Shown here piece after piece: positions 59,474 to 64,000 of a stretch of 64,000 bases of DNA. Origin of the DNA: an uncultured Gammaproteobacteria bacterium. GTDB lineage: Bacteria; Patescibacteriota; Patescibacteriia; UBA9934; CAZDDW01. The DNA is taken from NCBI GenBank assembly GCA_964504365.1, contig CAZDDW010000003.1:8031-72030 (forward strand), read 5' to 3'. Position 1 is the first letter of the stretch; each line of letters starts with the position of its first letter. The notes under the pieces were generated by a model. The model was not told where the DNA came from, did not search any database, and saw only the letters and a list, made by a program, of their open reading frames with translations. The position numbers and the translations under genes are program-made.

Positions 59474-59550
59474 GCAGGCGTAGCTCAGTTGGATAGAGCG
59501 TCTGGCTTCGGACCAGAAGGTCGGGGGTTCGAGCCCTCCCGCCTGTACCA
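59474..59550 (+). tRNA. tRNA-Arg(TCG)
   Basis: GCAGGCG/CGCCTGT acceptor stem, TCTGG-CT-TCG-GA-CCAGA anticodon arm, CCA. Confidence 0.95.
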
Positions 59551-59651
59551 AAAAACCACCGAATTACCGGTGGTTTTTTGTTTGTGTATTTGTATAAATT
59601 TAAAAAAACTGATAAAACTACTTCAGCACCTTCAGCATCAAAGGGGACGTG

Positions 59652-60263
59652 ATGGGCGAACTGACCAGAGACGAAGTCATTAACTGTTTTCGTGATTACT
59701 ATCAAGGTACTGTATACGCCTCAACAACAAACCAGATTGCCGCACGGGCAATGCAGAATGACTATTCCGGCAACACTCTTTACGAAAAAATTCTCAGTTG
59801 GCTTTCTCAATCTGATCAGGATCGTTCAATTTCATTGATCGAACTGACTATTGCCCATGACGTTCATACTCAACTTCTGGAAGACGATGACAAAGTCCAG
59901 GCTGAAAGGCTTGAAAGACTACTCCGTATTCGAGCAGGACTGATCGGAAATAGAACGGTAATAAACCCCACAGAGATCATTCTGGCCACTGAGCAAATCT
60001 CCCAGGCTTTAGATGACCTTCGACGAGAACAACGAATCGAAAGCTTTTTCAAAAAGCTGGATCAGTTGAAACAGATCTTGGGAACAGACGACCCAGAGAA
60101 GCTCGCGCAAGCCTGCCACTTACCAGCCGAGGTCGTCAAGACGGTCATCCTCCGACACGCCGAGGACCCGAATTATTGCCCTCACTACTTCATACTGACC
60201 ATGCTTTTCACAGCTGTCCGAACCGGTCTCAGAGAACCAGTAGCTAGTGTCCAAGAGACCTAA
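59652..60263 (+). CDS. Hypothetical helical protein
   Basis: AAAGGGG SD; 203-aa ORF. Confidence 0.7.
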   Translation: MGELTRDEVINCFRDYYQGTVYASTTNQIAARAMQNDYSGNTLYEKILSWLSQSDQDRSISLIELTIAHDVHTQLLEDDDKVQAERLERLLRIRAGLIGNRTVINPTEIILATEQISQALDDLRREQRIESFFKKLDQLKQILGTDDPEKLAQACHLPAEVVKTVILRHAEDPNYCPHYFILTMLFTAVRTGLREPVASVQET

Positions 60264-60271
60264 AACCCACA

Positions 60272-60829
60272 TCACGACGATGTGGGGTTTTTCTTTTTAG
60301 ACTGAGAATAAACACAACCACAATATTCTTGGCGGTATACCCCTAAGTCGCGAGCGCGGATCTGAGATAAATCTTCGCCACCGGCTTTTTTGAAATCTCG
60401 ATCTAAGAATTCGATCCCTGTCTCTTCGGCGATGCGCTGGCCGATCGGATTCACGTCGCTGGCCTTTTTGCGTCTTCCAACCGTAAGTGTGGTTGCAAAA
60501 CAATCAAATCCATGGTCACGCGCGTATTCGGCTGTTGCTCGCAAGCGATGCTTGAAGCAAAGATGACAGCGTGTGCCTCCTTCCTGATCTGACGCGTGAC
60601 CTTGCATTGATTCAAACCAAGCCCTTGGATCATACTCGCCTTCGATCAATTCCAGACCCAACTCTTTAGCCATTAATCGAGCTCCGGCAAGGCGCTTTTG
60701 ATATTCCTCTTCTGGATGAATATTTGGATTAAAATAAAACAAAGTCACTTCGTGATCGTGACTAAGTTTCTTCGGGACCCAAGCGCCACAGGTTCCGCAA
60801 CAAACATGGAGGAGTAATTTCTTTACCAT
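60272..60829 (-). CDS. queH: Epoxyqueuosine reductase QueH
   Basis: LLLHVCCGTC, FYFNPNIHP, RCHLCF..RL, YRQEYCGC. Confidence 0.9.
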   Translation of the reverse strand: MVKKLLLHVCCGTCGAWVPKKLSHDHEVTLFYFNPNIHPEEEYQKRLAGARLMAKELGLELIEGEYDPRAWFESMQGHASDQEGGTRCHLCFKHRLRATAEYARDHGFDCFATTLTVGRRKKASDVNPIGQRIAEETGIEFLDRDFKKAGGEDLSQIRARDLGVYRQEYCGCVYSQSKKKNPTSS

Positions 60830-61521
60830 CCCTTCTTTTCCAAAGCTGCGGCTGCTGCTGCCACTTGTCCTTCGTGTTTACTGGTTCCTTCCCCTTCAGC
60901 AATCAATTCTTTATTCAAATAAACTCCAACAACAAACTTCTTATTGTGATCTGGGCCTGATTCTTCCAGAACTTTATACGACGGGGTAACGCTAAATCGA
61001 TCCTGAGATGCTTCCTGAAAACGGCTCTTTGGATCAATGTATAACTTCTGCTCCAAAATTCGAGGCAGTTCAGCCAGGTTTGTTCGAGTAATAAATTCTT
61101 TTGACACATCCCAACCTTGATCCTCATAGATTGCTCCGATGATTGCTTCAAAAGCGTTAGCCAAAATGTATCGTCTTGCCTTAGAATCCGTATCCTTGGA
61201 CTCACCCTTAGACAAATACAGATAGTCATCAACATCCAACTTGATACACATATCAGCGTTCATCTCAGCATTTACCAAAGCTGCACGCCAGTTAGTTAGC
61301 TCTCCTTCGGGATTATCAAAATTGTCATACAAGTGCTCTGTAACAACCAACTCAAGCACAGCATCTCCCAAAAACTCTAAACGTTCATTATGCCCCAAAT
61401 GAAAACTTGGGTGTTCATTAATATAACTGCGATGAACAAGCGCTTGGCGCAAATTATCAATTTTTTGAAACTTCACGCCGAGCGTTTCTTCTAGTTTAGA
61501 CAAATCTTTTTCTTCAGACAT
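60823..61521 (-). CDS. rnc: Ribonuclease III
   Basis: NERLEFLGDAVL; dsRBD DPKSRFQE, GPDH. Confidence 0.97.
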   Translation of the reverse strand: MSEEKDLSKLEETLGVKFQKIDNLRQALVHRSYINEHPSFHLGHNERLEFLGDAVLELVVTEHLYDNFDNPEGELTNWRAALVNAEMNADMCIKLDVDDYLYLSKGESKDTDSKARRYILANAFEAIIGAIYEDQGWDVSKEFITRTNLAELPRILEQKLYIDPKSRFQEASQDRFSVTPSYKVLEESGPDHNKKFVVGVYLNKELIAEGEGTSKHEGQVAAAAAALEKKGW

Positions 61522-61529
61522 AATCGTAG

Positions 61530-61641
61530 AATGACCAATGATCAATAACCAATTACCGAGATAATGATCAATAATCGAATTTTCGAACATTAGATCATTT
61601 GGTCATTATCTTGATCATTGTTATTTGGTTATTGGTTATTC
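61530..61641. repeat. Heptamer-periodic hairpin element, copy B
   Basis: Near-identical to 47850-47960; overlaps the nusB stop codon. Confidence 0.9.
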
Positions 61642-62153
61642 TTCTCTTCCTCCTTGACCTCCGGTTTCTTTTCTTCTTTATTTTCTTTATCCTTATCTTT
61701 CTTTGGTGGCTCTTTATCAACTGCCTTTTCTTCTCCATGAGCGATCATGTGTTTATAAATAGCACCAAGTACACCGTTAACAAATCGACCAGATGCTTCA
61801 CCACCAAAACCTTTAGCCAACTCAATCGCTTCATTAATCGCCACCTTAGAAGGTACTTTCTCAGAAAACTTTAACTCGTAAGTTCCTAAACGCAACACAT
61901 TGCGATCTACTATAGTTATAGTATCCAAAGGCCAGTCAGGGGCAAAGTGAGTAATCAACTCATCAATATCTTTCTGATTTTTTAAAACTCCCTCAACAAG
62001 CTCAGAAATAAAACCACCGTCATCAAACTGCGGTGCGAATTCTTGTTTACTGTACTCCATCAAATCTGGAATACTATCTTTTGATTGTCCGGCAAAGTCC
62101 CATTGATACAATGTTTGCAAAGCAATGGTTCGAGCCAAGTGTCGATTAGACAT
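61629..62153 (-). CDS. nusB: Transcription antitermination factor NusB
   Basis: RHLAR..ALQTLYQ, DRNVLRLG, INEAIELAK, FVNGVL. Confidence 0.96.
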   Translation of the reverse strand: MSNRHLARTIALQTLYQWDFAGQSKDSIPDLMEYSKQEFAPQFDDGGFISELVEGVLKNQKDIDELITHFAPDWPLDTITIVDRNVLRLGTYELKFSEKVPSKVAINEAIELAKGFGGEASGRFVNGVLGAIYKHMIAHGEEKAVDKEPPKKDKDKENKEEKKPEVKEEEKNNQ

Positions 62154-62222
62154 AAATAAGGTCCTTAAGAACGAATGAACTTATCTTGATTCTATCATAA
62201 AATAATAAACCAAAAAAGAGGC

Positions 62223-62510
62223 TTAGGCCTCTTTTTTATCTTCTTTTTTCTTTTCAGTTTTAGGCTTGGCTTCAGCTGGCTCAGACTTAGCCTCGGCTGC
62301 GGCCTGAGTTTTGCGCAAAGCACGCTCACTCTGACGAGCAGTGCTCAAAACCTGCTTGTCACCATAGTGACCACAGAATCCACAAGCTCGATGCGGCTGA
62401 ACTGCCTTTTTACATTTTGAACACACAGACAAAACCACTTTTTTTAACGCGTGATGAGCACGACGTCGGCGAGTTTTTCCATGAGTTTGTCGTCTAACTG
62501 GTACTGACAT
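62223..62510 (-). CDS. rpmF: 50S ribosomal protein L32 with C-terminal extension
   Basis: MSVP..RRRAH, CSKC...HRACGFCGHY. Confidence 0.93.
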   Translation of the reverse strand: MSVPVRRQTHGKTRRRRAHHALKKVVLSVCSKCKKAVQPHRACGFCGHYGDKQVLSTARQSERALRKTQAAAEAKSEPAEAKPKTEKKKEDKKEA

Positions 62511-62570
62511 ATCTAAAATTCAAATTTAATCGTGGCCGAATAATATCAGATAAGGCTAAATCTGTCAATC

Positions 62571-64000
62571 CTACACCAATGTCACAGAGGCAACCCTATC
62601 CTTTTCTTTCTTAAAGCTCATTACTCGGACACCTTGCGTAGCTCGTCCAAGAACTGAAACAGAACTCAACGAGGTTCGGATCACTTGCCCACCATCTGAC
62701 ATTACTAGCAAGTCTCGCTCGTCCTTTCCTTTAACCACCCGACCAGCAACAATATCCCCGGTCTTAGCTGTTACATTAGCTGTCTTGATTCCAGAACCTC
62801 CACGCCCCTGAACCTTGTACTCGGTCAAATCAGTGCGCTTCCCGTATCCATGACGCATAATGACCATTAGCTGATAATCTCCTTTCTTAATCTTGGCCGG
62901 AATCACATCCATCCCAACAACGATATCATCACCCTTCAACTTGATCGCGCGTACACCAGCCGCAGTTCGTCCCATTGGCCGAATATCTGATTCTTTAAAA
63001 TGAATTGCTTGTCCGTTGCGTGTAGCCAAAGCAACATTATCTTTTCCGGTTGAAGCACGTACGGCCCATAGACTATCGCCGTCCTTCAATTTCAGCGCAA
63101 TCAAACCAGATCGTCGAACTGTATCAAATTCTTTCAACTCGGTTTTCTTGATCGTGCCTTTGATAGTAACCATGGTCAGATACTTGTGGTCGTCGATATC
63201 TTCGTACGAGAACGTTGCCTCAACAACCTCACCTGGGGCCAGCTGCAAAAAGTTAACTAAAGCCTGCCCTTTTGCAGTTCGTGTTGATTCAGGGACTTCG
63301 TAAGCTTTCAATTTAAATACGCGTCCGCGGTTGGTGAAGAATAACAAATCTTTATGAGTTGAAGTTGAGAACACGCGTGTGATCACATCCTCTTCCTTGG
63401 CAGTTAAACCAGAAACACCTTTTCCACCTCGTCCTTGTTGTTTGAAAGCGTCTGGTGGAATGCGTTTGATGTAACCATCACGGGTAATCATGACCACAGT
63501 CGGCGTATCTGGAATCACATCTTCCATGCGGAAATCCTTAACTCCATGGGCGACCACCTGGGTACGCCGTTCATCAGCAAACTTTTCTCTAACCTCTTGG
63601 ACACCGTCTTTAATCAAACCAAGAATCTTTTTCTTAGATTTCAAAATCGACTCTAATTCTTTAATCAACTTTTGCTTTTCCTTATACTCTTGTTCAACTT
63701 TCAAACGCTCCAAGTTAGCCAACTGCTGCAGCTTCATCTCCAAAATAGCCACAGACTGTCGCTCAGTCAACTTGAACTTCTTCATCAAATTCTTACGCGC
63801 TTCATCCTTGTCTTTTGATTTCTTAATCGTAGCAATAATTTTATCGATCTTCATGATCGCAATACGCAAGCCCTCTAAAATATGCGCCCGCTCCTTGGCA
63901 CGATCAAGATCAAACTGGGTTCGACGACGAATCACTTCTTGACGATGAGCAACATACTCTTCCAAAATCGTCTTTAAGTTCAGTAGTCGTGGCTGAATTC
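62571..64000 (-). CDS. gyrA: DNA gyrase subunit A, 5' end beyond window edge
   Basis: HILEGL, GyrA-box QGRGGKG, pinwheel repeats. Confidence 0.96.
   Translation of the reverse strand, partial: IQPRLLNLKTILEEYVAHRQEVIRRRTQFDLDRAKERAHILEGLRIAIMKIDKIIATIKKSKDKDEARKNLMKKFKLTERQSVAILEMKLQQLANLERLKVEQEYKEKQKLIKELESILKSKKKILGLIKDGVQEVREKFADERRTQVVAHGVKDFRMEDVIPDTPTVVMITRDGYIKRIPPDAFKQQGRGGKGVSGLTAKEEDVITRVFSTSTHKDLLFFTNRGRVFKLKAYEVPESTRTAKGQALVNFLQLAPGEVVEATFSYEDIDDHKYLTMVTIKGTIKKTELKEFDTVRRSGLIALKLKDGDSLWAVRASTGKDNVALATRNGQAIHFKESDIRPMGRTAAGVRAIKLKGDDIVVGMDVIPAKIKKGDYQLMVIMRHGYGKRTDLTEYKVQGRGGSGIKTANVTAKTGDIVAGRVVKGKDERDLLVMSDGGQVIRTSLSSVSVLGRATQGVRVMSFKKEKDRVASVTLV

Noticed and set aside
56590-60270. 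Prophage, integron or tRNA-integrated island
   Set aside because: No integrase, phage genes, attC pattern or duplicated tRNA 3' end seen.
1-64000. Genetic code 25 (TGA=Gly) as in Gracilibacteria/Absconditabacteria
   Set aside because: Core genes translate full length in code 11, and TGA ends scpB, map and queH at the expected positions.

Overview
Bacterial chromosomal segment, genetic code 11, most likely Patescibacteria/CPR. That assignment is inference from the missing rpmD/L30 in the spc cluster, a GAD-less AspRS, short TruB and ProRS, and SD-less AT-rich core-gene junctions. Core content: scpAB, aspS/asnS, recO, ruvX, map, adk, the S10-spc ribosomal cluster, tuf, fusA-rpsG-rpsL, murA, ndk, comEC, ugd, leuS (with an inserted NUDIX domain), gdhA, trxBA, infB, truB, a probable 6S RNA, rny-ymdB, HU, proS, tRNA-Lys(CTT), tRNA-Arg(TCG), queH, rnc, nusB, rpmF and partial gyrA. 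About 15 orphan genes lie between core operons as self-contained units with a strong SD; many also have a sigma70 promoter, a boxA-like leader motif and a terminator. In contrast, many core genes appear near-leaderless. Other notable items are a Pgm1-like ATP-grasp ligase with two glutamine amidotransferases (one lacking the catalytic Cys), two unassigned large structured-RNA candidates (31.8-32.1 kb and 50.0-50.45 kb), and several palindromic repeat families. No CRISPR array, integrase or transposase was seen. All calls come from reading motifs by eye; no database searches were run.
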